Below, in pieces: positions 9,253 to 19,192 of a stretch of 64,000 nucleotides of DNA (position 1 is its first letter; the number at the start of each line of letters is the position of its first letter). The notes beneath the pieces were generated by a model, which worked only from the letters and a program-made list of their open reading frames with translations, made no database searches and was not told where the DNA came from. Source of the stretch: Acholeplasma sp. (lineage in GTDB: Bacteria > Bacillota_I > Bacilli_A > Acholeplasmatales > UBA5453); contig JAVBWN010000003.1 in NCBI GenBank assembly GCA_036677365.1, forward strand, positions 20,678 through 84,677, given 5' to 3'. Made by a program: the position numbers and the translations under genes.

Positions 9253-11829
9253 ATGGAACAATTAAAAATTAAACCTTTCTATAATTCAAAAATAGACAAT
9301 TTAATAGAGGATTTCTACAATCCATTATTATCAAAATGTACTAATTATAAGCGCGTTAGTGCATATTTTGATTCTGCTATAATAGAACATTATTCAAAAG
9401 GAATCGAAAACATAGTTAAAAACCAGGGGAAGATACAATTCATTTTTTCAGCTGATATATCACGGGAAGATTTTGAAATAATAGTTAATGGTTATCAAGA
9501 AAGAGAAAAAATATACGACGATTTAGCTAATGGTTTAAGTTTTGAAAATACTTTTTATGAAATTTCAAATTTGGCGTATTTGATTAAGTATGGTTATGTT
9601 GATATTAAAATTGCGTTCACTAGAAAAAGTGGGGTTTTTCATGATAAATTTGGACTATTTGAATTAGGAGATAAGACTGTATATTTTCGCGGATCAAATA
9701 ATGAAACTGTAGCTGCTATTAAGTCAAATTTTGAATCATTTGAAACCACCGCATCATGGACTGCTGATAACAATGAAATATCAAAACTAATTTTAGCCCA
9801 AAAGACATTCAATGATTTATGGAATAATGAGTTTGATGATAGTATTTATGTTGTTGATGTTCCAAAGGCTATAAAATTAAAAATCATGACATATGATAAA
9901 AACAAACTAATCATTGATTGGCCACTCGATTCCAATTGTTTGATAGTTAGTTACGAAAATGATAAATTAATTTTTACAAATAATCTCGAAAACAAAAATT
10001 TTCTGTCCAGAGAGTTGACCTTTTACAAAAAAGTATTATCGAATTACTTGGAGAAAACCGAGAATAACCAATTCTATTTTGATAAGGAATTAACATATGC
10101 AGATATTAAATACATTGTCAGTGAAACTCTTTTGTATGGACAAAATATGGGTTTTATTGTAACATTAATGCCTAACTTAAAAAAATTTCTTCTTGATTAC
10201 AATATTGTAATAGAAAAGAGACGTACATTAGGGTTAACAATTAAGTCGAAACATGAAATCCTTCAAAAGGATTTTAATGAGTTTTCTAGAATTGTTAACA
10301 AAGAAATGAAACGTGAACTTCGCTTACCGCAGCTTTGGGATGCTTATCATATGGCAAATATGATGAGAAGTGCTAATTTTTCAGTGCCAGGTTCAGGTAA
10401 AACATCTATTGTTTATGGGGCATATGCCTATTTGTCATCTTCAGAGAAAGCTTTAGTCAACAAAATTGTTGTGATTGGACCCTTGAATGCTTTTTCGTCA
10501 TGGAAAGATGAATTTGACAATTGTTTTGGTGACAAGAGAAGGTTAAATGTTCTTGATTATCAAAAAATTAAATCACTACCAAAAGCCAATAAATACGACT
10601 ATGTCGTTTATGAAAGTCAAGATTATAACGTGATGCTCTTCAATTATGAAGCAATAAATTCTAACTTAGATATATTAAGAAGGATAATTGACGATAAGAC
10701 AATTTTGGTTTTTGATGAAGTGCACCGTATAAAATCAATTGAAGGTATAAGAGCAAAGGCTGCATTAAGTATCATTGACAAGGCTAAGTACAGAATTGTA
10801 TTAACGGGTACACCGATGCCAAATGGGTTTCCTGATTTACACAACATGTTAAAAATATTATTTTCGGAAGATTATGACAATTATTTTGGATATAGCAGAA
10901 GAGCTTTAGAAATTGCTAATCATGATAAAAATCAACAAATAGAAATCAAAGAAAAAATCAACCCATTCTATTGTAGAATAACAAAAGAAGATTTAAGAGT
11001 ACCACCAGCAGAAAAAGATGACATTCAAAGTGGTTATATAATCGCAAATAATGATGAAATCAAAATTTTCGAATTGCTATACCGGCATTTTCATAAGAAC
11101 TTTTTGACATTATACATTAGATTAATCCAAGCATCGTCAAATCCTGCATTACTGCTAAAAGATATTAACTTGAATGAGCTAGTAATCGATTACCATGAAG
11201 ATTTTTATAATATAGAATTAGGTTCAGTTATAACTCGACCTAGTTTAAGCGCAACTGATATAGAATTAATTCAAAAGGTAAAGTATAGTTCTAAATTTCT
11301 TAAAGGTATTGAACTAATTGAATCGTTAACATCAAAAGGCTCTGTTATAGTGTGGGGTATCTTTATTGACACGATTCATTCCATTAGTGACTTTCTTAAT
11401 AATCGAAAGATTTCAACAAAGGTCATAACAGGGAATACTAGTTTAATCGAGAGAGAACGAATATTGTCCGAGTTTAAAAAGGGAGAATTCAATGTTCTAG
11501 TCACGAACCCACATACACTTGGCGAATCAATTTCGTTACACAAGGTATGTCATCAAGCAGTATATTTTGAACTAAGCTACAATCTTGTACACCTATTACA
11601 ATCGCGAGATAGAATTCATAGATTAGGATTAGAAAATAATGAAAAAACCTATTACTATTTTATGTTATTAGATTCTCCGTTTGCCTTATATCCACCGATT
11701 GATGTTAGAATCTATAGTAGATTAAAAGAAAAAGAAAGGCTTCAAAACATGCTTCTACAAAAAGATGAAATATCATTTATTGAGGATGACATCATGCAAG
11801 ATATCAAAGCTATCATAGGGGACTTGTAA
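9253..11829 (+). CDS. PLD-like nuclease domain fused to a SNF2/SF2 helicase
   Basis: N-terminal HDKFGLFE...GSNN (HKD-like). Helicase motifs PGSGKT, DEVH, LTGTP, GESISL, QSRDRIHRLG. Confidence 0.85.
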   Translation: MEQLKIKPFYNSKIDNLIEDFYNPLLSKCTNYKRVSAYFDSAIIEHYSKGIENIVKNQGKIQFIFSADISREDFEIIVNGYQEREKIYDDLANGLSFENTFYEISNLAYLIKYGYVDIKIAFTRKSGVFHDKFGLFELGDKTVYFRGSNNETVAAIKSNFESFETTASWTADNNEISKLILAQKTFNDLWNNEFDDSIYVVDVPKAIKLKIMTYDKNKLIIDWPLDSNCLIVSYENDKLIFTNNLENKNFLSRELTFYKKVLSNYLEKTENNQFYFDKELTYADIKYIVSETLLYGQNMGFIVTLMPNLKKFLLDYNIVIEKRRTLGLTIKSKHEILQKDFNEFSRIVNKEMKRELRLPQLWDAYHMANMMRSANFSVPGSGKTSIVYGAYAYLSSSEKALVNKIVVIGPLNAFSSWKDEFDNCFGDKRRLNVLDYQKIKSLPKANKYDYVVYESQDYNVMLFNYEAINSNLDILRRIIDDKTILVFDEVHRIKSIEGIRAKAALSIIDKAKYRIVLTGTPMPNGFPDLHNMLKILFSEDYDNYFGYSRRALEIANHDKNQQIEIKEKINPFYCRITKEDLRVPPAEKDDIQSGYIIANNDEIKIFELLYRHFHKNFLTLYIRLIQASSNPALLLKDINLNELVIDYHEDFYNIELGSVITRPSLSATDIELIQKVKYSSKFLKGIELIESLTSKGSVIVWGIFIDTIHSISDFLNNRKISTKVITGNTSLIERERILSEFKKGEFNVLVTNPHTLGESISLHKVCHQAVYFELSYNLVHLLQSRDRIHRLGLENNEKTYYYFMLLDSPFALYPPIDVRIYSRLKEKERLQNMLLQKDEISFIEDDIMQDIKAIIGDL

Positions 11830-12599
11830 TGAGATCATTCAGGGTTACATTTTCAGAAGATGAAGAAGAAATTCTAAAGAAAAACTCTATTAGGTTCAAT
11901 AAAAATGAACGTAACTATCTTTACTATGGGAGTAAAAGAAAAATAATTAAAGATTTTGGTGTTCCTATGGAACTTGATTCTGAGGATTTTAAATGGTTTG
12001 GTTCTTCATGGAAAAAACTATTCGAAGATTTTTGTAATCATTTCATAACAATAATACCTGATTTCAAGGTATTGCTTACGATGAACCCAGATTTTTCAAA
12101 CAAAAAAATATTTTTAAGAGAAAAAATTACAAATTCAATTGGTCCTTTATCAAATGGTTTATTCATCGATGGTAATAGAAGCCCAACTCACATTTGGTGG
12201 TCTATAATCTACTTATCAGAATTAATAAATAGTGATTATGCTAACAGTTTAATACTATACGTACATTATCCCTCAGCAATTGAACCAAAAGAAATTATTG
12301 ATATAATTTGGAAAAAAGAAATAATAACTCTTCATAATTATCTCAATGCTTACGGTTACAATAGGGAAAAAATTGATTCTGTTATAAATTCGGTACGTAA
12401 TCTGAATAAAATATATAGAGAAAAAACAAAGAATTATGTATTTTATTTAATTGATAGAAAACAAGATCTTAGCAATGCCATAAGTTATATCAAGAAAACT
12501 AATCTGTATCAACAAAATGCAAGGGATTTTGATATCTACTTTGAACACATTACTACAATTAAAAGTGAATTATTGTATCCTGATTTTACCTATAGATAA
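11829..12599 (+). CDS. hypothetical protein, last gene of the island
   Basis: 256-aa ORF coupled to the helicase gene (TAATG overlap). No recognisable motif. Confidence 0.7.
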   Translation: MRSFRVTFSEDEEEILKKNSIRFNKNERNYLYYGSKRKIIKDFGVPMELDSEDFKWFGSSWKKLFEDFCNHFITIIPDFKVLLTMNPDFSNKKIFLREKITNSIGPLSNGLFIDGNRSPTHIWWSIIYLSELINSDYANSLILYVHYPSAIEPKEIIDIIWKKEIITLHNYLNAYGYNREKIDSVINSVRNLNKIYREKTKNYVFYLIDRKQDLSNAISYIKKTNLYQQNARDFDIYFEHITTIKSELLYPDFTYR

Positions 12600-12623
12600 G
12601 AAGTTCAGGCGAACTTCTTTTTT
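12598..12623 (+). terminator. intrinsic terminator of the island operon
   Basis: AAGAAGTTC-aggc-GAACTTCTT followed by a T-run. Confidence 0.8.
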
Positions 12624-12728
12624 GCTAAATATAAAAAGTTTCACTTGATTAGATAGTGGTTATAAAAACCATATAACTATGTTATAATACCAATGTAAAC
12701 GCTTTTATTTCGAAGGGAGAAATTTAAC

Positions 12729-13811
12729 ATGAATGAATTTAAAGTATTTGAGTACATGGAAAAACACAAGTACGAACAAGTAGTCTATTTCTATGATAGA
12801 ACTACAGGCTTGAAAGGTATTACGGTGATTCATAATACCACATTGGGGCCAGCCCTTGGTGGCACTAGAATCTGGAATTATGAATCAGAAGACGCAGCAG
12901 TTATGGACTGCTTAAGACTCGCTAGAGGGATGACCTATAAAGCTGCAGCTGCAGGTTTAAACCTCGGTGGTGGTAAAACCGTATTGATTGGTGATGCTAC
13001 TAAAGTAAAGAGCGAAGCGTATTTCAGAGCATTGGGTAGATATGTACAATCCTTAAATGGTCGTTATATCACCGCTGAAGACGTTAATACCAGCACCAAA
13101 GACATGAGTTATGTCCATATGGAAACAGACTTCGTTGTCGGATTAGAAGGTAAATCAGGGAACCCATCCCCAGTCACTGCTTTAGGTGCCTTATATGGTA
13201 TCAAAGCATCTTTAAAGTATCGTTTTGGTAATGAAGACATTTCTAAATACACATTCGCAGTTCAAGGCGCAGGTCAAACGGGTTATTACCTCATCAACCA
13301 CCTCGTTGAATTAGGTGCGAAAAAGGTATATTTCTCAGAAATTAACCCTAAATACATTGAAAGAATGAAAAACGAACATCCAGAAGTGGAATTCGTGAAC
13401 CCAGATCAAATCTATGGCTTGGATGTCGATGTATTCGCACCATGCGCATTAGGTGGCGTACTCAACAATCAAACAATCCCACAAATCAAAGCGAAAATCA
13501 TTGCAGGTACTGCCAATAACGTCTTACTAGATGAAGATATCCACGGTCCTATGATCAAAGAACGTGGCATTTTATATGCCCCAGACTTTGTCATCAACGC
13601 TGGTGGTTTAATCAACGTTTATGTTGAACTCATGAATTGGCCTCAAGAAAAAGCACTCGCAGACGTTAAATTGATTTATGATCGTCTATTGGAAATCTTT
13701 GAAATTTCTAAAGCACAAGACATCCATACTCAACAAGCAGCCAAAGTGTTTGCGAAAAACAGAATCGAAACCATTAAAAACTTACACGATAACTATATAC
13801 CCAAAAGATAA
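12729..13811 (+). CDS. leucine dehydrogenase (Glu/Leu/Phe/Val dehydrogenase family)
   Basis: LGPALGGTR, LARGMTYKAA, GGGK, TAEDV, PCALGG, NAGG. Confidence 0.92.
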   Translation: MNEFKVFEYMEKHKYEQVVYFYDRTTGLKGITVIHNTTLGPALGGTRIWNYESEDAAVMDCLRLARGMTYKAAAAGLNLGGGKTVLIGDATKVKSEAYFRALGRYVQSLNGRYITAEDVNTSTKDMSYVHMETDFVVGLEGKSGNPSPVTALGALYGIKASLKYRFGNEDISKYTFAVQGAGQTGYYLINHLVELGAKKVYFSEINPKYIERMKNEHPEVEFVNPDQIYGLDVDVFAPCALGGVLNNQTIPQIKAKIIAGTANNVLLDEDIHGPMIKERGILYAPDFVINAGGLINVYVELMNWPQEKALADVKLIYDRLLEIFEISKAQDIHTQQAAKVFAKNRIETIKNLHDNYIPKR

Positions 13812-13814
13812 GGA

Positions 13815-14045
13815 GTGATTCTATTGGCTAAGTATCAACTCGATTTTAACAACGATGCCTGCAAGGGCTGCGAACTGTGCGTCAACAGTTGTCCTGTTAA
13901 AATTTTGGGTATGTCCAATACCCGCATGAATGCCTCTGGTTACGCACTCGTGGATGTATTAGACATCGACAAGTGCATTGGTTGTACATTTTGTGCAATC
14001 ATTTGTCCAGATTCTGTCATTAAGGTGGTAAAAAACGATGCCTAA
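13815..14045 (+). CDS. 2[4Fe-4S] ferredoxin, delta subunit of 2-oxoacid:ferredoxin oxidoreductase
   Basis: CKGCELCVNSCP and CIGCTFCAIICP. Confidence 0.9.
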   Translation: MILLAKYQLDFNNDACKGCELCVNSCPVKILGMSNTRMNASGYALVDVLDIDKCIGCTFCAIICPDSVIKVVKNDA

Positions 14046-15105
14046 AAAACTCGTCAAAGGGAATGAAGCGATTGCTTTAACCGCCATCAAAGCCGGTGTA
14101 GATGCCTATTTCGGGTATCCGATTACCCCACAAAATGAAGTACCAGAATATTTATCGAAGTATTTACCAGAACACGGTAAAGTCTTCGTTCAAGCAGAAT
14201 CCGAGGTTGCAGCGATTAACATGGTGTATGGTGCAGCAGGGTGCGGTAAGCGCGTCATGACGTCATCATCATCTGTAGGGATTGCTTTAAAACAAGAAGC
14301 GATTTCGTATATTGCTGGGGCTGAATTGCCATGCTTAATTGTATCTGTGATGCGTGGTGGTCCAGGCTTAGGTGGCATTCAACCCTCACAAGCCGATTAC
14401 TATCAAGCGACCCGCGGTGGTGGAAATGGTGACTATCATTTGGTCGTCATCGCGCCTGAATCCATTCAAGAAACCGTCGATTACATCAAAGAAGGGTTTG
14501 ATATCGCCGATACTTATCGAAATCCAGTCATGATTTTGATCGATGGACTCATCGGACAAATGATGGAAGCTGTGGATTTAGATAAAGAAGTACCAAAAAG
14601 AAAACTACCAGACAAACCTTGGGCAACGATTGGCACAGACCATCATGCCGGAAGGAACATTGTCAATTCGTTATATTTGGATGCACCAAAACTAGAAGAA
14701 CACAATTTAAATTTAAAAGCGAAATATGACGCCATCAAACAACATGAAGTCAAATTTGAAATGATCAATATGGAAGACCCAGATTACGTCATCGTGGCTT
14801 ATGGGTCGGTGGCGAGAATTGCGAGAAGCTCGATTGAAATGCTCAAAGAAGTGGGCATCAATGTCGGTATGATTCGTCCAATTACCGTTTGGCCGTTCCC
14901 TAAAAAAGCATTTGACCTCATTCCAAGTTCTTGTAAAGGTATTTTAGTGACTGAAATGTCTTTAGGACAAATGCTCGATGACGTTGAAATTGCGAATAAG
15001 GGCAGACATGAAATCGCCTTTTATGGGCGTACTGGCGGGATGGTTCCAGATCCAACTGAAATCAGAGATGCCATCATAAACTTTAAGAAGTGGGTGATAT
15101 CATGA
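14038..15105 (+). CDS. vorB: 2-oxoisovalerate:ferredoxin oxidoreductase alpha-type subunit
   Basis: GYPITPQNE, QAESE, RGGPGLGGIQPSQADY. Confidence 0.85.
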   Translation: MPKKLVKGNEAIALTAIKAGVDAYFGYPITPQNEVPEYLSKYLPEHGKVFVQAESEVAAINMVYGAAGCGKRVMTSSSSVGIALKQEAISYIAGAELPCLIVSVMRGGPGLGGIQPSQADYYQATRGGGNGDYHLVVIAPESIQETVDYIKEGFDIADTYRNPVMILIDGLIGQMMEAVDLDKEVPKRKLPDKPWATIGTDHHAGRNIVNSLYLDAPKLEEHNLNLKAKYDAIKQHEVKFEMINMEDPDYVIVAYGSVARIARSSIEMLKEVGINVGMIRPITVWPFPKKAFDLIPSSCKGILVTEMSLGQMLDDVEIANKGRHEIAFYGRTGGMVPDPTEIRDAIINFKKWVIS

Positions 15106-15848
15106 CCGTCAGATATGAGAAATCACTAGGTTTAACAGAACGTAAAACGCATTATTGTCCAGGGTGTACACATGGTATTTTGCATAAAATTGTAGCGGAA
15201 GTTTTAGTCGAACTTGGCGTCTTAGGTAAAACCGTAGGTGTTGCTTCGGTTGGCTGTTCGGTCTACTCTTACGAATATTTTAATTGTGATATGCAACAAG
15301 CCCCACACGGTAGAGCTTGTGCCACAGCGACTGGCATCAAACGTGTTTTACCAGATAATGTGGTATTTACCTATCAAGGGGATGGTGACCTCGCTTCGAT
15401 TGGTATCGCTGAAACGATTCACGCAGCGAACCGCGGCGAAAACATCACCGTTATATTTGTGAATAATGCTACCTATGGTATGACTGGTGGTCAAATGGCA
15501 CCAACCTCCTTAGTTGGTCAAAAAACAACCACCTCTCAAGGTGGACGTGACCCACACAATCAAGGTTATCCAATTAAGATCAGCGAAATGTTTTCACACA
15601 TCGAAGGTGTAGCGTATCTTGAAAGAGTCGCGCTCACTGGTCCACAAAACGTTAAAAAAGTCAAAAATGCAGTCAAGAAAGCTTTTTCTTTACAACTTGA
15701 AAAGAAAGGCTTTACGATGATTGAAGTCTTATCCACTTGCCCAGTGAATTGGGGCATGTCTCCAATCGATGCCTTGAAATGGGTCGATGAAAAGATGGTC
15801 CCTGTATTCCCGTTGGGTATTTATAAGGATGTGACTAAGCATGACTAA
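15102..15848 (+). CDS. 2-oxoacid:ferredoxin oxidoreductase beta (TPP-binding) subunit
   Basis: YCPGCTHG and the GDGD...NN TPP motif, plus YGMTGGQ. Confidence 0.9.
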   Translation: MTVRYEKSLGLTERKTHYCPGCTHGILHKIVAEVLVELGVLGKTVGVASVGCSVYSYEYFNCDMQQAPHGRACATATGIKRVLPDNVVFTYQGDGDLASIGIAETIHAANRGENITVIFVNNATYGMTGGQMAPTSLVGQKTTTSQGGRDPHNQGYPIKISEMFSHIEGVAYLERVALTGPQNVKKVKNAVKKAFSLQLEKKGFTMIEVLSTCPVNWGMSPIDALKWVDEKMVPVFPLGIYKDVTKHD

Positions 15849-16371
15849 AACCATCCGTATTGCTGGATTTGGTGGACAAGGGGTTATGTTATTGGGTCAA
15901 GTACTCGCTTACAGTGCCACTTTAAAAGGCATGCATGCGATCTGGGTGCCCACCTATGGCCCTGAAACCAGGGGTGGGACTGCCAATTGTATGGTAACCA
16001 TTTCCGATACACCCATTTACTCTCCTGTATTTAAAGATTCAGATGACTTAATCGTTCTCAACGAACCGAGTTATCAAAAATTCAAACACACCGTTAAATC
16101 CGATGGATTCATGCTATATAATGCCTCTTTAATCCATGTCGATGAACAACCAAAATACCAAATCAAAGGCGTCAAAGCCAATGAGCTGGCATTATCGATT
16201 GGCGAATCGAAAACGATTAATTTCGTCTTATTGGGGGCTTATCTCAAACAAAACAACTTATTTTCAGAAGAAACCATCATCGAAGCGCTTAAATACTTCT
16301 TTGGTTCTAAAAAAGAACACTTGATTGAAGTCAATAAGCAAGCGTATAATTTAGGTCAAAACGCACAATAA
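15841..16371 (+). CDS. 2-oxoacid:ferredoxin oxidoreductase gamma subunit
   Basis: AGFGGQG and YGPETRGG. Confidence 0.9.
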   Translation: MTKTIRIAGFGGQGVMLLGQVLAYSATLKGMHAIWVPTYGPETRGGTANCMVTISDTPIYSPVFKDSDDLIVLNEPSYQKFKHTVKSDGFMLYNASLIHVDEQPKYQIKGVKANELALSIGESKTINFVLLGAYLKQNNLFSEETIIEALKYFFGSKKEHLIEVNKQAYNLGQNAQ

Positions 16372-16438
16372 GTGAACAAACTGCACGTTATCATGTTATG
16401 ATAAAAGCGTGCAGTTTTTCTTTTCATGAGGTGGCCAT

Positions 16439-17851
16439 ATGAAAAAAGTTGTTTTATTGACACTGAGTACGATGTTATTAATACTGGTAGGGTGTCAAAA
16501 AAAATCCATTCAGTCTTATACATTTACCCCCTACTTAACCGCAGGCGATAAATCTGCCCTCTTACAAGAAGGCATTTCAATCCATACCGATGAAGCGAAC
16601 CCTTCCATCTATAAAATCACAGTGGATACCAAAAAGAAGTATCAGACCATCGATGGTTTTGGTGCAGCGATGTCAGAATCTGCAGCCTATGTCTTGTCCA
16701 ATTTAAACGAATCGAAACGCAACGAAGTCATGGAAGCCTTGTTTGGTGAATCTGGCATCGGTATCGATTTTGTTCGAATCCCGATGGGTGCGTCTGATTT
16801 TGCTTTAAATAATTACACGTATAATGACCTTACCAGTGGCACAGATTTGACATTAGAACAGTTTTCCATCCAAAGGGACTTATTATACGTCGTGCCGCGC
16901 TTACAACAAGCCTTGGCCTTGAACCCGGACTTAAAACTCATGGGTTCGCCGTGGAGTGCACCTGCATGGATGAAATCCCCTCAAAAATTGAATGGGGGGT
17001 CACTCAATCCAATTTATCACGCCGCTTATGCGGATTACTTTGTGAAGTTCATCGAAGCTTATGCCGCTTTAGGGTTACCTATATACGCGATTACCCCACA
17101 AAATGAACCCTTACATGAAACCAGTGGTTACCCATCGATGTTGATGACTGTGGCTCAACAGATCAATTTCTTAAAAGTCTTAGGACCTAAATTTGAGGAA
17201 AATCAAATCGATACTAAAATCATTGGGTATGATCACAACTGGGACAATACTTTCTACCCACAGGCTTTACTCAATAACGAAGACATCAAACCTTATTTAG
17301 ATGGTGTTGCATTCCACTGTTATGCAGGCAGTTACACGGCTCAACAAACGATTCAAACCAATCACCCAGACCGTGACATTTGGTTTACCGAATGTTCGGG
17401 TGGACGCTGGGCAACCAATTTTGGTTCAAACATCAGTTGGAACCTCGAAAATGTCTTTTTAGGGTCACTCAATTATGGTTCACGTTCGGTGTTATTATGG
17501 AATCTGGCTTTAGATACCCAAGATGGACCACAAAACGGCGGATGTACCAACTGTAGAGGTGTGGTCACTGTGGATGGGACTGACAGTTTTACCCTCAATG
17601 AAGAATACTACATGATTGGTCATTTTTCGAAGTTTATCGATAAAGACGCGAGACGGGTGGATGCGAAATCGACTTCGCCCAATTTATTGACAGGTGCGTA
17701 CTTGAATCCAGATGGGTCATTAGTCATCGTTGCTCATAACAAAACCAACGCTGACATGCTCATCCAAGTGGATATCAACGGACATCTATTCAATTATTCC
17801 TTAAAGCGCATGTCTACAGTCACCTTTGATGGGATCCCTACATATGCCTAA
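16439..17851 (+). CDS. GH30 glycoside hydrolase lipoprotein (beta-1,6-glucanase / glucosylceramidase-like)
   Basis: LVGC lipobox, YQTIDGFG, SPWSAPAWMK, QNEP, WFTEC. Confidence 0.9.
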   Translation: MKKVVLLTLSTMLLILVGCQKKSIQSYTFTPYLTAGDKSALLQEGISIHTDEANPSIYKITVDTKKKYQTIDGFGAAMSESAAYVLSNLNESKRNEVMEALFGESGIGIDFVRIPMGASDFALNNYTYNDLTSGTDLTLEQFSIQRDLLYVVPRLQQALALNPDLKLMGSPWSAPAWMKSPQKLNGGSLNPIYHAAYADYFVKFIEAYAALGLPIYAITPQNEPLHETSGYPSMLMTVAQQINFLKVLGPKFEENQIDTKIIGYDHNWDNTFYPQALLNNEDIKPYLDGVAFHCYAGSYTAQQTIQTNHPDRDIWFTECSGGRWATNFGSNISWNLENVFLGSLNYGSRSVLLWNLALDTQDGPQNGGCTNCRGVVTVDGTDSFTLNEEYYMIGHFSKFIDKDARRVDAKSTSPNLLTGAYLNPDGSLVIVAHNKTNADMLIQVDINGHLFNYSLKRMSTVTFDGIPTYA

Positions 17852-18311
17852 TTATATAAAAGAGATCCGAAGCCTCGTTGGACACACCCCGATTCGTAGT
17901 GTATCCACAGGCATCATCGTAGAATACAAAAATCAAATTCTTTTACAACACAGAAGCGATACGAACGATTATGGTACCCCAGGGGGGAACGTAGAACTCA
18001 ATGAAAAATTGAAAGACGCAGCGAAAAGAGAACTTTTTGAAGAAACCGGTATTGAAATTACAGACTTGTCCTTATTTGGGATTTATTCAGGGGACGATCA
18101 AATAACGGTGTATCCCAATGGGGATGTTACCCACTATGTCGTGGTTGTATTTTATGTCAAACTCGATAAGAAACCTAAATTAACTAAAGATGATGAATCC
18201 CATGGTTTGGATTTTTATGATAAAAACGCATTGCCTTCGCCATTAAAACCCACCGATGCCTTTTGGATCGATGCTTGGGTCAAGGGTGAGTTTGAAATTG
18301 AAATCGATTGA
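17844..18311 (+). CDS. NUDIX hydrolase
   Basis: Nudix box GGNVELNEKLKDAAKRELFEETG. Confidence 0.9.
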   Translation: MPNYIKEIRSLVGHTPIRSVSTGIIVEYKNQILLQHRSDTNDYGTPGGNVELNEKLKDAAKRELFEETGIEITDLSLFGIYSGDDQITVYPNGDVTHYVVVVFYVKLDKKPKLTKDDESHGLDFYDKNALPSPLKPTDAFWIDAWVKGEFEIEID

Positions 18312-18478
18312 AAATGTGTCTATGGCACATTTTTTTTCTTTTTTTGATTTGTTCATAACTTTGACACAATCTTTTACTATAATACAGTTGAACAAGACAG
18401 CTATAGTCATTTCAAAATATTAAATATCAAATTACATATATACAATACTTTTGAAAAAGTCTATAATCATAAATAGAG

Positions 18479-19192
18479 GTGATCGATTTGGACAATATTG
18501 TCAGTATTAAGAACTTAAATAAATCCTATGGTCAAACCAGAGCATTGGTGAATGTCAACTTAGACCTCACCAAAGGGAAGATCATTGGTTTACTCGGACC
18601 CAATGGGTCGGGTAAGACAACCCTCATCAAAATCTTAACAGGCCTTTTACAACAATTTGAAGGCAATGTTACGATCGATGGGATGAAGATTTCTCCAGCA
18701 ACCAAAAATGTGGTCTCTTACTTGCCAGACCAACTTTATTTTGAATCTTGGATGAAAATTGATGATTTAAAGCAGTATTTTGAAGACATGTATAGCGATT
18801 TTAACCCACTCCGTTTCAATGAATTGATGTATCAATTTCAAATTCCTTCACGTGACTTGATCCGCAAACTATCCAAAGGGAACCAAGAAAAGCTACAATT
18901 GGCGATGGTATTGTCGAGGGATGCGAAATTATACATCTTTGATGAACCCATCGGTGGGGTAGACCCAGCACTCCGTGAAATCATATTGGATACCATCATG
19001 AATTACCGAAATACTGAAGCGACGATTTTATTATCAACCCATCAAATCTATGATGTGGAAGAATTGTTTGACGAAGTGGTCTTCCTCAAACAAGGCGAAG
19101 TGATGTTACATCAAAACTTAGATGAACTTATTATGGAAAGAAATAAATCACTGCTTGAAATATTCAAGGAGGTATTCAGATATGCTCGCTAA
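18479..19192 (+). CDS. ABC transporter ATP-binding protein
   Basis: GPNGSGKT, LSKG signature, FDEP. Confidence 0.9.
   Translation: MIDLDNIVSIKNLNKSYGQTRALVNVNLDLTKGKIIGLLGPNGSGKTTLIKILTGLLQQFEGNVTIDGMKISPATKNVVSYLPDQLYFESWMKIDDLKQYFEDMYSDFNPLRFNELMYQFQIPSRDLIRKLSKGNQEKLQLAMVLSRDAKLYIFDEPIGGVDPALREIILDTIMNYRNTEATILLSTHQIYDVEELFDEVVFLKQGEVMLHQNLDELIMERNKSLLEIFKEVFRYAR

Noticed and set aside
6080..12599. Calling the island DISARM, BREX or a plain type II Sau3AI RM system
   Set aside because: There is no DUF1998/DrmB, PglZ or BrxC, and the Sau3AI-like ORF is only half length.
12692..12707. cre-like site TGTAAACGCTTTTA before the leucine dehydrogenase gene
   Set aside because: Only a partial match to the CcpA consensus in AT-rich DNA, which is insufficient support.
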